The notes: a model not told the origin generated them from the sequence alone. A stretch of DNA of 64,000 nt from Comamonas sp. SCN 67-35 (GCF_001725255.1 NZ_MEFV01000010.1:5171-69170); one strand, 5' to 3'; positions 30,325 through 42,509 are shown, counted from the stretch's first letter. Program-made: numbers and translations.

Positions 30325-32547
30325 ATGTCGTTGGCTGATACCTTGAACAAGTTCTTGCGACGCGCGCCGGCGGAGGCCGATGTGCAGCCCAGCCGCATGG
30401 ATCTGGGGGTTGACCCGCAACATGCAGATGGCTTGTCCACCGTGTTTCGCTCCGACGGAGTGGACAGCGTGCAGGGAAGCGAGCCATTGGAATTTTCCGA
30501 GTCCGCCGCCCCGCAATCGCAGGAGGACATGATCGCCCTGCCGCTGCTCGGGCGCGCCAGCGCGGCGGTGCACCAGCGCCGCCTGCTCGTGCTGCTCGGC
30601 CTAGGCGTGCTGGTGCTGGTGATCTTCGGCGGCTGGCTGGTGCAGCGCGCGCAGGTCTCGGCGCGTCAGCTCGCGACGGTGGGTGAAACCCTGACCCAGT
30701 CGCAGCGTCTCGTGAAGGCGTTTGGCGAGGCGGCTGCGGGCGAGCCCAAGGCCTTCGGGGTGCTGGCCGACAGCTCGCGCATCTTCTTGCGCGATTTCAA
30801 GGCATTGTCCGAGGGCAACGCCGAGATGGGCGTGAAGCCGCTGGGGGGCGCTTTCTTCAGCGAACTGGAGAGCATCCGGGCCAGTACCGAGCGTGCGGAA
30901 CGCTACGTCCAGGTCATGCAGTCGCACACGTCGACCCTTGTGGATGCGGCCAAGACCCTGAACGCGATCAATCACGACGCGGGAGATTGGCGGCGTACGG
31001 CGCAGGCCATCGCAGACCGCGCATTCAAGGGGACGGATGTCCAGGCGATGGAGTTGGCCAGCCGCCTGACCATGCTGACGCAGCGCATCGGGCTCGATGC
31101 CAATCTCGTGTACGGGGGCGCCGGCGTGGGTGTGCAGGCCGAGCTCGATCAGGCGGCGGCGGATTTCAGGTCCATCGTGCAGCGCATTCCTCAGCTGATG
31201 ACGGGTCCGGCTGGCGCTGCCCTCATGGCCCTGTACGAGGACAACGAGCCGCGCGTGACCCTGCTGCTTGACAGCGCCGACGATCTCTCGACCGCTCGCA
31301 TGGCGCAGGCCGTGCTGGCGCTGGACAGCGAGCCGGCACGTCTGCATCTGGAGACGATACAGAGCAGGCTGGCCGCGCAATCGGGCTTCGGCGTCAGTGA
31401 AATCGCCTTGCTCGCCGCGCTGGCCCTGTTCACGCTGCTGTGCGGCGTGGGCATCGCCCGGGTGCAACTTCTGGACAGCGAGCGGCGCCAGAAGGCGTCG
31501 GAGCAGCAGCGTCAGGAAGCGCGCCTGCAGGAGCTCGAGGCCAAGCGCATCAACGATGCCAACCAGGCGGCCATCTTGCGATTGATGAACGAACTGCAGT
31601 CCGTCGCCGAAGGTGACCTGACGCAGGAAGCCACGGTGACCGAGGACATCACCGGCGCGATCGCCGACTCGGTGAACTACACCGTGGAAGAACTGCGGGT
31701 GCTGGTGGGCAGCGTGCAGAACACCGCCACGCGCGTGGCGCAGACGACGACCCAGGTGGACGGCACCTCGACGGAGCTGCTGGCGGCTTCGAGCGAGCAA
31801 CTGCGTGAAATTCGGGAAACCGGCCAATCGGTTCTGGACATGGCCACGCGCATCAACGGGGTATCGTCTCAGGCGCAGGCGTCCGCGATGGTGGCGCAGC
31901 AATCACGGCAGGCGGCGGACGAAGGCTTGAAGGCGGTGCAGAACGCCATCGGCGGCATGAACTCGATCCGCGACCAGATCCAGGACACGTCCAAGCGGAT
32001 CAAGCGCCTGGGTGAATCCTCGCAGGAGATCGGTGAAATCACGGAGCTGATCTCGGGCATTACCGAACAGACCAACCTGCTGGCGCTGAATGCCGCCATT
32101 CAGGCGGCGTCGGCCGGCGAGGCCGGCCGCGGCTTCTCGGTGGTGGCCGAGGAAGTGCAGCGCCTGGCGGAGCGTTCGGCGGACGCCACGCGCCAGATCG
32201 CGGCGCTGGTGAAGGCCATTCAGACGGATACGCAGGACGCGGTCGCCGCCATGGAGCGTTCCACGCGTGGTGTGGTTGAAGGCGCGCGCCTGTCGGACAG
32301 TGCCGGCACGGCGCTGTCCGAGATCGACAGCGTGTCGCGCAAACTGGCCGAACTCATCGAAAGCATCTCGTCGGCCACGCTGCGCGAAGCCAACCTTGCC
32401 AATGGCGTGGCCGAGAACATCCAGCACATTTTCGCCGTGACCGAACAAACGGGAGAGGGGACTCGCACCACCGCCCACCAGGTGCGCGAACTCTCCAAGA
32501 TGGCTGAGGAATTGCGCCAATCGGTGGCGCGGTTCAAGATCGCCTGA
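30325..32547 (+). CDS. pilJ: Methyl-accepting chemotaxis protein PilJ
   Basis: Two TM segments, HAMP, signalling hairpin [37 protein letters not shown]. Confidence 0.92.
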   Translation: MSLADTLNKFLRRAPAEADVQPSRMDLGVDPQHADGLSTVFRSDGVDSVQGSEPLEFSESAAPQSQEDMIALPLLGRASAAVHQRRLLVLLGLGVLVLVIFGGWLVQRAQVSARQLATVGETLTQSQRLVKAFGEAAAGEPKAFGVLADSSRIFLRDFKALSEGNAEMGVKPLGGAFFSELESIRASTERAERYVQVMQSHTSTLVDAAKTLNAINHDAGDWRRTAQAIADRAFKGTDVQAMELASRLTMLTQRIGLDANLVYGGAGVGVQAELDQAAADFRSIVQRIPQLMTGPAGAALMALYEDNEPRVTLLLDSADDLSTARMAQAVLALDSEPARLHLETIQSRLAAQSGFGVSEIALLAALALFTLLCGVGIARVQLLDSERRQKASEQQRQEARLQELEAKRINDANQAAILRLMNELQSVAEGDLTQEATVTEDITGAIADSVNYTVEELRVLVGSVQNTATRVAQTTTQVDGTSTELLAASSEQLREIRETGQSVLDMATRINGVSSQAQASAMVAQQSRQAADEGLKAVQNAIGGMNSIRDQIQDTSKRIKRLGESSQEIGEITELISGITEQTNLLALNAAIQAASAGEAGRGFSVVAEEVQRLAERSADATRQIAALVKAIQTDTQDAVAAMERSTRGVVEGARLSDSAGTALSEIDSVSRKLAELIESISSATLREANLANGVAENIQHIFAVTEQTGEGTRTTAHQVRELSKMAEELRQSVARFKIA

Positions 32548-32591
32548 GCGGCCCCATCGTGCCACAGGCCACCACACTCGGAGGGCAAGCC

Positions 32592-35500
32592 ATGTCATCC
32601 ACGGGAACACCACACGCTGCGGTGCGTGATGTTCGTTATGAGGAGCAGGATCTGGGCCCTCTGGCGTGGGTGCATGCCGAGCTGCGCAAGACACTGGACA
32701 GTGCCGTCAAGCTGCTGCGGCACTTCGCGCACGAGATCGAAAGTTCGGGCGAGTCGGACCTGACTTCCCACGACACGGCCACCTTGCGCAATGTGCGGCA
32801 GATGCTGCACCAGTGCGCCGGCGCGCTGGTCATGGTGGGCATGGAGCAGACGGCGCTCGTGCTGCGGGCGATGGAAGCGGCGGTGCATCGCCTGGTGCAG
32901 GAGCCCGAGAAGTGCCGGGGCGAGGCCGTGGCGGAGCTCGAGAGCGCAAGCTTTGCCATCATCGAATACCTGGACAGCATTCTCGCGGGCAAGAATGTCT
33001 CTCCCGTGGCACTGTTCCCGCAGTACCGCCAGGTGCAGCTGCTCGCGGGGGTGCCGCATGTGCATCCGATGGATCTGTGGCCTGCCGAGCGGCGTGTGCG
33101 CGAGCCGGTCTTTCCCGGCACCGTCCTGCCGCTGCCCTACGGCGCCGAGGTGCGCTCGCACCTGGACACGGCGGTCTTGCGCATCGTCAAGAACGGGGAT
33201 GCCGAGGCGGCGGTGGACATGCAGCATCTGTGCATGGGGTTTGCCGCCGCGCAGCAGCAGACGCAGCCACGCATCTTCTGGAAGGCGGCCGCCGGGTTCT
33301 TCGAGGCGATCGCGCGGCGCTGGCTGACGGTGGATGCCTACGTCAAGCGCACGACCTCGCGCGTGCTGATGCAGTACACGGCGCTGGCCCGTGGCCAGAC
33401 GGCGCTGGCGGACCGCTTGCTGCCCGAACTGCTTTTTTTCTGCGCCCAGGCGCGCATGCCGGACGATGCCGCGGGCGTGACGGCGCTGCGCTCGGTGCGC
33501 CATGCATGGAGCCTGCAGGATGTGGCTCCGGTCGATTACGAGTCCGCGCGCTTCGGGCTCTGCGATCCGGCGCAGCTCGCGCAGGCGCGCAAGCGCATCG
33601 CGGCGGCCACCGAAACCTGGTCTGCCCTGGCCGGTGGCGACAAGCACAAGATCAAGCTGGCCGCCGATCAATTCAGCCTCGTGTGCGACTCGCTGCGCAA
33701 GCTGCAGCTCGACAGCGAGCCGCTGGCCGAGGCGCTCATGCGCGCGGTGGCGGTGCCGCTGCACGCGGCGCAGCCGCCCGCGCCCGCGCTGGCCATGGAA
33801 GTGGCCACCGCCGTGCTCTATCTGCAGGCCTCGTTCGAGGAACTCGATGCGGCACGCGAGCACATGGCCGAGCGGGCCGAGCTTCTGGCGGGGCGCCTCG
33901 ATGGCGTGACGCTGGGAGGCGAATCCCAGCCGCTCGAACCGTGGATGGAGGAGCTGTACCGCCGGGTGAGCGACCACCAGACCATGGGCAGCGTGGTGGG
34001 TGAGTTGAGGGTGACGCTGGCGGATGTCGAAAAATCGCTGGATCAGTTTTTCCGCAACCCCGCGGACACGACGCCGCTGACCGCGGTGCCTGGTGGCATG
34101 CAGCAGATGCGTGGCGTCCTGTCGGTGCTGGGCATAGAGCAGGCGTCGCTGGCCGTCCTGCGCATGCGCGACGTGATCGAGAAGCTGCTGGTGGGCGAGA
34201 TCGACGAGGCGCAGCGTCCGCTGGTTTTCGAACGGCTGGGCAACAGCCTCGGGGCCCTGGGTTTCCTCGTCGACATGCTGGGTTACCAGCGCGCGATGGC
34301 AGCCAAGCTGTTCGTCTACGACGAAGAACTGGGCGAGCTCAAGATCGTGATGGGCAGCACGACCCGCATGCGTGTGGAAGATGAGCCCGAGGTGGCGGAG
34401 CAGGTGCTGGCGGCGCGTGCGGCCGAGTTCCCGGAGTTCGAGGTCGAGCCGGCCCTGGTGGCGCAGGCAGCGGCGCAAGCCGATGTGGCGGTGCCGTCGA
34501 TCGAGCCGGTACAACCGACGGAGACCGGCGCTGTGCAGCCCGGGACCGACCAGGCGGCGATGGTCGAACCCGTTGTGGATTTCATGCCTCTCCCGGAGCT
34601 CGAGTCCGAGGCGGCGCCGGAGCCGGAGCCGGCCGAGGCCGCCGAGGCCGTTGTGCCGGCGCCGGTGATGCAGGCCGCCGGAGACGAGGCGCCCGACGCG
34701 GAGCTGCTCGAAATCTTCATCGAAGAGGCACGCGAAGTCATCGCCAACGGCCTGGCGGCGGTCGCCGCACTGCGGGACGAACCGGGCGACATCGAGCAAC
34801 AGACCACCCTGCGCCGTGCATTCCACACGCTCAAGGGCAGCTCGCGCATGGTGGGCCTGAATGAATTCGGTGAAGCAGCCTGGTCCCTGGAGCAGGTGCT
34901 CAACGACTGGCTGGTGCATGAGAAGCCGGTGTCGGCCGATCTGAGGACGCTCGCGCACGATGCCATGCAGGCCTTTGGCGCGTGGGTGCAGGATCTGGCC
35001 CGGGGCGGGGATGTCGCATGGCGTGCCCGGGATTTTCACGAGGTGGCCGATGCCATGCGGACACAGGGCGTGCTCGTGCCCTGGGCGCATGCCGGTTCGC
35101 ACGAGGGGGGCGAGCCGCACATCGCGGATATGGTGCCTGCCGAGTCGGCGCCTGAACAGGCCGCCGAGGCGGCACACGATCCGGTCCATGACTCCGGGTT
35201 CGGCTTTCCCGACACGGTCATCGAGGACGCGCTGGAGCCGCAGATGCCAGCGCCGGCCTCCATGGCGGCGGACGGGGGGCCGACTTCGCCCGCTCCCCTG
35301 CTGCCCGACGGGATGTTTGCGCCGGCGGATGCGCTTCCCGCCGAGCACGCCGACTCACGCGAACCTCCTGCCCTGGTGGAGCCTGCCGGGCCGGTGCCGA
35401 CCGAGCCGCCGCCGCTTCCGACCATCGTCGAGGGCGATTCCAGGCTGATTGGCGATTTGCGGGTTCCAACCGCGCTGTACAACGTCTACCTCAACGAGGC

Positions 35501-38500
35501 CGACGATTGGTCCCGCCGTCTGGTCGATTGCGTGCAGGAGTGGGCCGAGGCGGTGTCGCCGGTCATCTCCGAAGAAGCCGTTGCCATGGCGCATTCGCTG
35601 GCCGGCAGTTCCGCCACCGTCGGTTTCACCGTCCTGTCGCAACTGGCGCGTACGCTCGAGCATGCGCTGCAGCATCTGCAGCTGGCCGGCTCCGCGGACC
35701 CTGCCGCGGTGCGCGTGCTGGGCGACGCGGTGGACGAGATTCGCCGCCTCCTGCATCAGTTCGCGGCGGGCTTCCTCAAGGAGCCGCAGGCTGATGTGGT
35801 CGAGCGTCTCGAAATCCTGTTGCAGACGGATATCACCAGCGGCGTCCAGCCCCTGGCGGCCCAGTCGGGCGACGGAAGCGATCTGGAAGCCACGCTGATC
35901 CACAAATTGCAGGAATGGAGGGATTCCCAGATCGGCGGGATGGAGCATGAGCATGAGCCGTACGACATGCTCGACGAGGCGCCCCTGGAACAGGGCGGGG
36001 CGCCGTCCCCGCAGGCTGAGCCCCTGACTCAGGCCACCGAGCCCGAACCCGAAGCGCCGTCCGTCGCCGCGCCCGCCGGCATGCCGCTGACGCAGGATCT
36101 GCCACGGCTCGACGAGCCTGCGCAACCTCGGGCGGACGCCTTTCAGCATGAGCGCGATATCGACCAGGCGATTGCACAGGCCATCGCTGCCGATGCCGAC
36201 GAAGACGATATCGATGTCATCGACACGATCGACCCGGATCTGTTCCCGATCTTTGAAGAAGAAGCGCTCGAACTCCTGCCGACGCTCGGGGGCGCGTTGC
36301 GCCAGTGGCATGAGCGGCCGTCCGATCTGGACGCGCGGCGCGAGCTTCTGCGCGCGCTGCACACGCTCAAGGGCAGCGCGCGCCTGGCTGGCGCCTTGCG
36401 CCTGGGCGAAATGGCGCACCGCATGGAGTCGGCCGTCGAGGGTGTGGATGCCGAAGCCGCCACGGCGGCGGACATCGATCCCCTGCTGGCGCGTTTTGAC
36501 GGCCTGCAGGCCACCTTTGACGCCCTGCGGGCGATAGGCGCGCAGGCGCCGTCTGCTGCGTCACAAATGCAGGCGACCACCCCCGCGCAGGGGGATCAGG
36601 CAGGCGCAGAAGCCCCATCGGGTGCCGCGCAGCCGCTGGTCGCGCCCGTTGCCGTGGTGCGGCCGGTCGAGCTGGTGCGCACCGCCGCGCGCACGGGCGG
36701 CGGCCAGCAGGTGCGCGTGCGCTCCCATCTGCTCGATCGCATGGTCAATGACGTGGGTGAGGTGCTGATTGCCCGCGCGCGCCTGTCCACGCGCGTGCTG
36801 CAGATGCGAGGCTCGCTCGATGACCTCGGCGGCAATCTGGAGCGTTTGCGCGCCCAGTTGCGCGACATCGAAGTGCAGGCCGAATCGCAGATGCAGTCGC
36901 GCCAGGCGCAGTCGCGCGAGAGCGCGGCGGCCTTCGATCCGCTGGAGTTCGACCGTTTCACGCGCATGCAGGAGCTCACGCGCATGATGGCCGAGTCGGT
37001 CAACGACGTGGCCACGGTGCAGCGTGCGTTGCAGCGTTCGGTGGAAGGGGCGGAAGATGATCTGACCGACCAGGCCCGTCAGGCGCGCGAACTGCAGCGC
37101 GAACTGCTGCGCACGCGCATGGTGGAGTTCGACTCGCTGGCCGAGCGCCTGTACGCCGTCGTGCGCCAGGCCAGCCGCGAGACCGGCAAGCAGGTCAGGC
37201 TGGACCTGGTCGGCGGCGCCATCGAAATGGACCGCGGCGTGCTCGAGCGCATGGCGCCTGCGTTCGAGCACCTGCTGCGCAACTGCGTGGGCCACGGCAT
37301 CGAACCGGCGCAGGCGCGTGAAGCAGCGGGCAAGCCGGCGGCGGGCTCCATCGTGGTCACTGTGGGTTACGAGGGCAACGACGTGTCCGTCGAATTCCGC
37401 GATGACGGCGCGGGGCTCGATGTCGAACGCATCCGCGAGCGCGCGTTGGCACTGGGCCTGGTGGCGGCGGATGAAGCGATCGATGCAGCGCGCGCTGCCG
37501 ATCTCATCTTCCAGCCGGGTTTTTCCACGGCGTCCGAAGTGACCGAGCTCTCGGGCCGCGGCATTGGCATGGACGTGGTGCGCGCGGAGGTGCAGTCCCT
37601 GGGGGGGCGCATAGAGACCCACAGCACGCCCGGGGAGGGCACCGCGTTCAGGCTGGTGCTGCCCCTGACGACCGCGGTCACGCAGGTGGTCATGGTGCGC
37701 GTGGGCAGCCTGAGCATCGGCATTCCGGCCAACATCATCGAAGTGGTGCGCCGCGCGCCCGCCGCCGAGCTCGAGCAGGCGTATGCCGCCGGCAGCTATC
37801 TGGACGCGCCGCTGTACTGGGCCGGTGCGCTGCTGCAGTCATCGGCCAACAGCGCCGAGGTCGCGGACAAGACACGGCCGGTGGTGATCGTGCGCTCGGC
37901 ATCGCAGCGGCTGGCGCTGCATGTGGATGAGGTGCTGGGCAACCAGGAAGTGGTGGTGAAGAACCTCGGGCCTCAGCTGTCCAGCCTGCCGGGTCTGGCC
38001 GGCATGTCGGTGCTGGCCTCGGGCGCCGTGGTGCTGATCTACAACCCGGTGGCCCTGGCGACGGTGTACGGCGCTCAGGCGCGCGCTGTGATGCGTCCGC
38101 CCAGCGCCGCCAGGACCGCGCCCACTCGGGCACAGGCCCAGTCGGCCGCTGCCTTGCAGTCCACGGCGGTGGTGCCGCTGGTGCTGGTGGTCGACGATTC
38201 CATCACCGTGCGCCGGGTCACCCAGCGCCTGTTGCAGCGCGAGGGCTATCGGGTGGCACTCGCCGCGGACGGTCTGCAAGCGCTGCAGCGCCTGCGCGAG
38301 GAGCGGCCCGTGGTGGTGCTCTCGGACATCGAGATGCCGCGCATGGACGGCTTTGATCTGGCGCGCGCGATCCGTGCCGATGAAAGGCTCGCCGACCTGC
38401 CCATCATCATGATCACCTCGCGCATGGCGGAGAAGCACAAGGAGCACGCGGTGGCGCTGGGCGTGAGCCATTATCTGGGCAAACCCTATTCGGACGAGGT

Positions 38501-38558
38501 GCTGCTCGGGCTGGTGCAGCGCTACGCGGAAATGGAGCAGGTGGCGGCACAAGGGTGA
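32592..38558 (+). CDS. chpA: ChpA/PilL hybrid CheA-like kinase (multiple Hpt, HATPase, CheW, REC)
   Basis: FHTLKGSSRMVG, AHSLAGSS, LHTLKGSARLAG, HLLRNCVGHGIE, SGRGIGMDVV, C-terminal VDDS...DIEMPRMDG. Start at ATG 32592. Confidence 0.92.
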   Translation: MSSTGTPHAAVRDVRYEEQDLGPLAWVHAELRKTLDSAVKLLRHFAHEIESSGESDLTSHDTATLRNVRQMLHQCAGALVMVGMEQTALVLRAMEAAVHRLVQEPEKCRGEAVAELESASFAIIEYLDSILAGKNVSPVALFPQYRQVQLLAGVPHVHPMDLWPAERRVREPVFPGTVLPLPYGAEVRSHLDTAVLRIVKNGDAEAAVDMQHLCMGFAAAQQQTQPRIFWKAAAGFFEAIARRWLTVDAYVKRTTSRVLMQYTALARGQTALADRLLPELLFFCAQARMPDDAAGVTALRSVRHAWSLQDVAPVDYESARFGLCDPAQLAQARKRIAAATETWSALAGGDKHKIKLAADQFSLVCDSLRKLQLDSEPLAEALMRAVAVPLHAAQPPAPALAMEVATAVLYLQASFEELDAAREHMAERAELLAGRLDGVTLGGESQPLEPWMEELYRRVSDHQTMGSVVGELRVTLADVEKSLDQFFRNPADTTPLTAVPGGMQQMRGVLSVLGIEQASLAVLRMRDVIEKLLVGEIDEAQRPLVFERLGNSLGALGFLVDMLGYQRAMAAKLFVYDEELGELKIVMGSTTRMRVEDEPEVAEQVLAARAAEFPEFEVEPALVAQAAAQADVAVPSIEPVQPTETGAVQPGTDQAAMVEPVVDFMPLPELESEAAPEPEPAEAAEAVVPAPVMQAAGDEAPDAELLEIFIEEAREVIANGLAAVAALRDEPGDIEQQTTLRRAFHTLKGSSRMVGLNEFGEAAWSLEQVLNDWLVHEKPVSADLRTLAHDAMQAFGAWVQDLARGGDVAWRARDFHEVADAMRTQGVLVPWAHAGSHEGGEPHIADMVPAESAPEQAAEAAHDPVHDSGFGFPDTVIEDALEPQMPAPASMAADGGPTSPAPLLPDGMFAPADALPAEHADSREPPALVEPAGPVPTEPPPLPTIVEGDSRLIGDLRVPTALYNVYLNEADDWSRRLVDCVQEWAEAVSPVISEEAVAMAHSLAGSSATVGFTVLSQLARTLEHALQHLQLAGSADPAAVRVLGDAVDEIRRLLHQFAAGFLKEPQADVVERLEILLQTDITSGVQPLAAQSGDGSDLEATLIHKLQEWRDSQIGGMEHEHEPYDMLDEAPLEQGGAPSPQAEPLTQATEPEPEAPSVAAPAGMPLTQDLPRLDEPAQPRADAFQHERDIDQAIAQAIAADADEDDIDVIDTIDPDLFPIFEEEALELLPTLGGALRQWHERPSDLDARRELLRALHTLKGSARLAGALRLGEMAHRMESAVEGVDAEAATAADIDPLLARFDGLQATFDALRAIGAQAPSAASQMQATTPAQGDQAGAEAPSGAAQPLVAPVAVVRPVELVRTAARTGGGQQVRVRSHLLDRMVNDVGEVLIARARLSTRVLQMRGSLDDLGGNLERLRAQLRDIEVQAESQMQSRQAQSRESAAAFDPLEFDRFTRMQELTRMMAESVNDVATVQRALQRSVEGAEDDLTDQARQARELQRELLRTRMVEFDSLAERLYAVVRQASRETGKQVRLDLVGGAIEMDRGVLERMAPAFEHLLRNCVGHGIEPAQAREAAGKPAAGSIVVTVGYEGNDVSVEFRDDGAGLDVERIRERALALGLVAADEAIDAARAADLIFQPGFSTASEVTELSGRGIGMDVVRAEVQSLGGRIETHSTPGEGTAFRLVLPLTTAVTQVVMVRVGSLSIGIPANIIEVVRRAPAAELEQAYAAGSYLDAPLYWAGALLQSSANSAEVADKTRPVVIVRSASQRLALHVDEVLGNQEVVVKNLGPQLSSLPGLAGMSVLASGAVVLIYNPVALATVYGAQARAVMRPPSAARTAPTRAQAQSAAALQSTAVVPLVLVVDDSITVRRVTQRLLQREGYRVALAADGLQALQRLREERPVVVLSDIEMPRMDGFDLARAIRADERLADLPIIMITSRMAEKHKEHAVALGVSHYLGKPYSDEVLLGLVQRYAEMEQVAAQG

Positions 38559-38600
38559 TATGTCCGCGCGGCGGGACCGCGGGTTCAATAAAATGCACCC

Positions 38601-39236
38601 ATGCCTGCTCCGACGGATTCGGTCAATCTGACCAATCATTTCCTCATTGCCATGCCGAGCCTGCGCGACGCCACGTTCGCGCACAGCGTGGTCTACCTGT
38701 GCGAGCACGGCGCCCGTGGGGCGCTCGGGCTGATGATCAACAAGCCGAGCGACATGGACATGCAGGGGCTGTTCCAGCGCGTCGATCTGTCGCTGGGCCG
38801 CCCCGACCTCACGCGCCAGCCGGTCTTTCACGGCGGGCCGGTGCAGACGGAGCGCGGTTTCGTGCTGCACGAGGTGATGCACACCGAGGTGCTGCAATCC
38901 ACCCATCCCGCCAGCGCCGTGGTCGATATGGAAGACGATCCCACGCCCTACGCCTGCACGCTGGCGATTCCCGGCGGGCTGGAGATGACCACCTCGCGCG
39001 ATGTGCTGGAAGCGCTGTCGCAGGGCGCGGGGCCGCGGCGCGTGCTGGTCACCCTGGGCTACGCGGCCTGGGAAGGAGGGCAGCTCGAATCGGAACTGGC
39101 GGCCAACACCTGGCTTACGGCGCCGGCCGACCCCGATGTCATCTTCGATGCGCCGGTGGCCGAGCGCTATGACCGGGCGCTGGGCCTGCTGGGCGTGCAT
39201 GCCGCCATGCTCTCGCGCGAGACGGGGCACGCATGA
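38601..39236 (+). CDS. yqgE: YqgE/AlgH (UPF0301) protein
   Basis: FLIAMP, GALGLMINKP, GGPVQTERGFVLH, LGYAAW..GQLE. Confidence 0.92.
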   Translation: MPAPTDSVNLTNHFLIAMPSLRDATFAHSVVYLCEHGARGALGLMINKPSDMDMQGLFQRVDLSLGRPDLTRQPVFHGGPVQTERGFVLHEVMHTEVLQSTHPASAVVDMEDDPTPYACTLAIPGGLEMTTSRDVLEALSQGAGPRRVLVTLGYAAWEGGQLESELAANTWLTAPADPDVIFDAPVAERYDRALGLLGVHAAMLSRETGHA

Positions 39237-39652
39237 GCGCGAGCGGGACGCCTGCGAGTGCAGCGGCTGCCCTGCAGTCCTTCCTGGCCTTCGATTACGG
39301 CCTGAAGCGCACCGGCGTGGCCACGGGAACGCGGCTGCTGGGCGTGGCCACGCCCAGGAAGAGCATTCATGCCGAAGGCAAGGCGCGTTTTGCGCAGGTG
39401 GCCGAGGCTATTCGCGAATGGCAGCCCGACGCGCTCGTGGTGGGCGTGCCGTTTCATCCGGATGGCGCGGAGCACGAGAACACGCTGCGTGCGCGGCGCT
39501 TCGTGCGCCAGCTGCACGGGCGCTTCGGGCTGCCGGTGTTCGAGGTGGATGAGCGCTACAGCACCACGGAGGCGCTGTCGCAAGGCGCGCGCGATGCCGA
39601 TGCGGCCTCGGCCTGCATCATTCTGGAGCAATTTCTGAGGAGTCTTCCATGA
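39233..39652 (+). CDS. ruvX: Pre-16S rRNA nuclease / Holliday-junction resolvase-like YqgF (RuvX)
   Basis: [34 protein letters not shown]. Confidence 0.92.
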   Translation: MSASGTPASAAAALQSFLAFDYGLKRTGVATGTRLLGVATPRKSIHAEGKARFAQVAEAIREWQPDALVVGVPFHPDGAEHENTLRARRFVRQLHGRFGLPVFEVDERYSTTEALSQGARDADAASACIILEQFLRSLP

Positions 39653-40173
39653 ACCAGGCCGTGGCCGCGCCAGGCCATCTGGCGCTCGATGCCGAGGCGC
39701 TGTACGTGCAGTTGCGCGAGGGGGTGCGTCATCTGCTGCGCCCACCCACGCGCCTTGTCGGCATTGCGTCCGGGGGCGCGTGGCTGGCCGAGCGCCTGCA
39801 GGAGGATCTGGCCTTGCCGGGCCGCGCCGGTGTGTTGTCTTCCGTCATGCATCGCGACGATTTCGCGCAGCGGGGCCTGTCCGCCAGCACGCAGACGCAG
39901 CTGCCGTTCGACGTCAATGGCGCCGATATTCTGGTGCTCGACGATGTGCTCTATACCGGCCGCACGCTGCGCGCCGTGCTCAACGAACTGTTCGATTACG
40001 GGCGCCCTGCGTGCGTGCGGCTCGCGGTGCTGGTCGACCGCGGAGGGCGCGAGCTGCCCGTGGCGGCCGAATTCGCCGCGGCGCGCATCGCCTTGCCCGC
40101 CGATCTGCACCTGGCGCTGGCCCGCACCGAGGCGGGTGCGTTTCATTTCGACGTGAAGGAAGTCCGAGCGTGA
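39649..40173 (+). CDS. pyrR: PyrR (pyrimidine regulator / uracil PRTase family)
   Basis: [29 protein letters not shown]. Confidence 0.9.
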   Translation: MNQAVAAPGHLALDAEALYVQLREGVRHLLRPPTRLVGIASGGAWLAERLQEDLALPGRAGVLSSVMHRDDFAQRGLSASTQTQLPFDVNGADILVLDDVLYTGRTLRAVLNELFDYGRPACVRLAVLVDRGGRELPVAAEFAAARIALPADLHLALARTEAGAFHFDVKEVRA

Positions 40174-41132
40174 CCCGTGTTCGCAATCCCCAACTCAACA
40201 AGAACGGCGAGCTGATCCATCTGCTCTCGCTCGAGCGGTTGCCGAGCGAGATCGTCACGCACATCCTGGATACCGCGACCAACTTCGTGAGCGTGAACGA
40301 CCGCGAGGTCAAGAAGGTGCCGCTCTTGCGCGGCAAGAGCGTGTTCAACCTGTTCTTCGAGAACAGCACGCGCACGCGCACCACCTTCGACATCGCGGCC
40401 AAGCGTCTCTCGGCCGACGTGTTCACGCTCGACATCGGGCGCTCGTCCACGTCCAAGGGCGAGACGCTGCTCGACACCGTGGACAACCTCTCGGCCATGG
40501 CGGCCGACCTGTTCGTGGTGCGCCACAGCCAGTCGGGCGCGCCCTATCTCATCGCGCAGCATGTGGCGCCGCACGTGCATGTGGTGAACGCGGGCGATGG
40601 CTGGCACTCGCACCCCACGCAGGGGCTGCTGGACATGTACACCATCCGCCACTACAAGAAGGATTTTTCCAATCTGGTGGTGGCGATCGTCGGCGACGTG
40701 CTGCACTCGCGCGTGGCGCGCTCGGACATTCATGCGCTCAAGGTGCTCGGCTGCCCCGAGGTGCGCGTGGTCGGGCCGCGCACGCTGGCGCCGGCGGGCT
40801 TCGAGAGCATGGGCACGCGCGTTTTCGACAACCTGCAGGAGGGTATCAAGGGCGCCGACGTGGTCATCATGCTGCGGCTGCAGAACGAGCGCATGAGTGG
40901 CGCGCTCCTGCCCTCGCGCGAGGAGTATTTCAAGACCTTCGGCCTGACGCCGGAGAAGCTCCGGTGGGCCAAGCCCGACGCCATCGTGATGCACCCGGGG
41001 CCGATCAACCGCGGCGTCGAAATCGATTCCGCCGTGGCCGACGGGCCGCAGGCCGTGATTCTCTCGCAGGTGTCGTTCGGGATCGCGGTGCGCATGGCGG
41101 TCATGGCCATCGTGGCCGGAAACAGTGCATGA
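40170..41132 (+). CDS. pyrB: Aspartate carbamoyltransferase catalytic subunit
   Basis: [48 protein letters not shown] start overlapping the pyrR stop. Confidence 0.96.
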   Translation: MTRVRNPQLNKNGELIHLLSLERLPSEIVTHILDTATNFVSVNDREVKKVPLLRGKSVFNLFFENSTRTRTTFDIAAKRLSADVFTLDIGRSSTSKGETLLDTVDNLSAMAADLFVVRHSQSGAPYLIAQHVAPHVHVVNAGDGWHSHPTQGLLDMYTIRHYKKDFSNLVVAIVGDVLHSRVARSDIHALKVLGCPEVRVVGPRTLAPAGFESMGTRVFDNLQEGIKGADVVIMLRLQNERMSGALLPSREEYFKTFGLTPEKLRWAKPDAIVMHPGPINRGVEIDSAVADGPQAVILSQVSFGIAVRMAVMAIVAGNSA

Positions 41133-41143
41133 AATTTACTGAA

Positions 41144-41197
41144 TTGATAGCTGTATGCGCTTTCTGGGAAAGCGTTTCAGCTCGTTTTTGCTTGAAA
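41144..41197 (+). repeat. REP-like element copy 5, filling most of the pyrB-pyrC' spacer
   Basis: TTGATAGCTGTATGCGCTTTCTGGGAAAGCGTTTCAGCTCGTTTTTGCTTGAAA; ends 2 nt before ATG 41200. Confidence 0.8.
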
Positions 41198-41199
41198 TC

Positions 41200-42492
41200 A
41201 TGAAACTTCGCATAGACAACGGCCGGGTGCTGGATCCGGCCACGGGCCTGGACTCGGTGGGCAGCATTGCGCTGGCCGCCGGGCGCATCATCGGCATCGG
41301 CCGCATGCCCGAGGGGTTCGAGCCGGCGCGTGTCATCGATGCCGCGGGCTGTCTGGTGCTGCCGGGCCTCGTCGATCTGGCGGCGCGCCTGCGCGAGCCG
41401 GGGCACGAGCATGAGCGCATGCTCGAATCCGAGATGGCCGCGGCCGTGGCCGGTGGCGTGACGAGCCTGGTCTGCCCGCCCGACACCGACCCGGTGCTCG
41501 ACGAGCCCGGCCTGGTGGAGATGCTCAAGTTCCGCGCCGAAAAGCTCCATCAGGCGCGGCTCTTTCCTTTGGGCGCGCTCACGCATGGCCTCAAGGGCGA
41601 GGTGCTCACCGAGATGGTGGAACTCACCGAATCGGGCTGCGTGGGCTTCGGCCAGGCCGAGGTGCCGCTGGCGAGCACGCAGGTGCTGCAGCGCGCGCTG
41701 CAATACGCGGCCACCTTTGGCTACACCGCCTGGCTGCGTCCGCAGGAGATGAGCCTGGGCAAGGGCGTGGCCGCCAGTGGCGCGATCGCCACGCGGCTGG
41801 GGCTGCCCGGCGTGCCGGTGGCGGCCGAAACCATCGCGTTGCAGACCATCTTCGACCTCGTGCGCTCCAGCGGAGCGCGCGTGCACCTGTGCCGCCTCTC
41901 CAGCGGCGCGGGCGTGGAGCTGCTGCGCCGTGCCAAGGCCGAAGGTTTGAGCGTCACGGCGGATGTGAGCATCAATTCGCTCATGCTCACCGATGAGGAG
42001 ATCGGCTACTTCGACAGCCGCGCGCGCCTTGCGCCGCCGCTGCGCCAGGCGAGCGACCGCGCGGCGCTTTCAAAGGCACTGGCCGACGGCACGATCGATG
42101 CACTGGTGTCCGACCACATGCCCGTGGACGACGACGCCAAGACCCTGCCGTTTGGCGAGGCCGAGCCCGGCGCCACGGGGCTGGAGCTGCTGCTGCCCGT
42201 GGCGCTGCACTGGGCCGCGTCGGAAAACGTGCCGCTGCGGCGTGCGCTGGCCGTGGCCACTTCGGCGGCGGCGGGCGTGCTGGGCCATGCGCTCGGCACC
42301 CTGCAGGCGAGCGTCGGGCGCCTCGTCGAGGGCGGCGTGGGGGATCTGTGCATCGTCGAGCCCGATGAGCGGTTCGAGGTCGTGGGCCAGGCGCTGGTGA
42401 GCCAGGGCAAGTACACGCCGTTCGAGGGCCATGCCCTGCCGGGGCGCGTGCGTTGCACCGTGGTGGCCGGGCAGGTGGCGTTCGAGCGCTGA
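41200..42492 (+). CDS. Dihydroorotase-like PyrC' (probably the inactive ATCase structural subunit)
   Basis: Long amidohydrolase fold with [14 protein letters not shown], in which the Zn-binding HxH is replaced by AAR. Confidence 0.88.
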   Translation: MKLRIDNGRVLDPATGLDSVGSIALAAGRIIGIGRMPEGFEPARVIDAAGCLVLPGLVDLAARLREPGHEHERMLESEMAAAVAGGVTSLVCPPDTDPVLDEPGLVEMLKFRAEKLHQARLFPLGALTHGLKGEVLTEMVELTESGCVGFGQAEVPLASTQVLQRALQYAATFGYTAWLRPQEMSLGKGVAASGAIATRLGLPGVPVAAETIALQTIFDLVRSSGARVHLCRLSSGAGVELLRRAKAEGLSVTADVSINSLMLTDEEIGYFDSRARLAPPLRQASDRAALSKALADGTIDALVSDHMPVDDDAKTLPFGEAEPGATGLELLLPVALHWAASENVPLRRALAVATSAAAGVLGHALGTLQASVGRLVEGGVGDLCIVEPDERFEVVGQALVSQGKYTPFEGHALPGRVRCTVVAGQVAFER

Positions 42493-42509
42493 TATCCAGG
42501 GAACCATCG

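Noticed and set aside
34380-36200. Pro/Ala/Glu-rich stretches in ChpA as inserted elements
   Set aside because: No terminal repeats or DNA-level periodicity; they look like ordinary low-complexity linkers between Hpt domains.
28974-38558. Pil-Chp cluster lacking pilK (CheR) and chpB (CheB)
   Set aside because: A reduced pilGHIJ-chpA arrangement is, to my knowledge, common in Burkholderiales, and the genes could lie elsewhere.
41200-42492. PyrC' as a decayed pseudogene because it lacks the Zn-binding histidines
   Set aside because: This is the known inactive structural subunit type that accompanies PyrB, and the ORF is intact.
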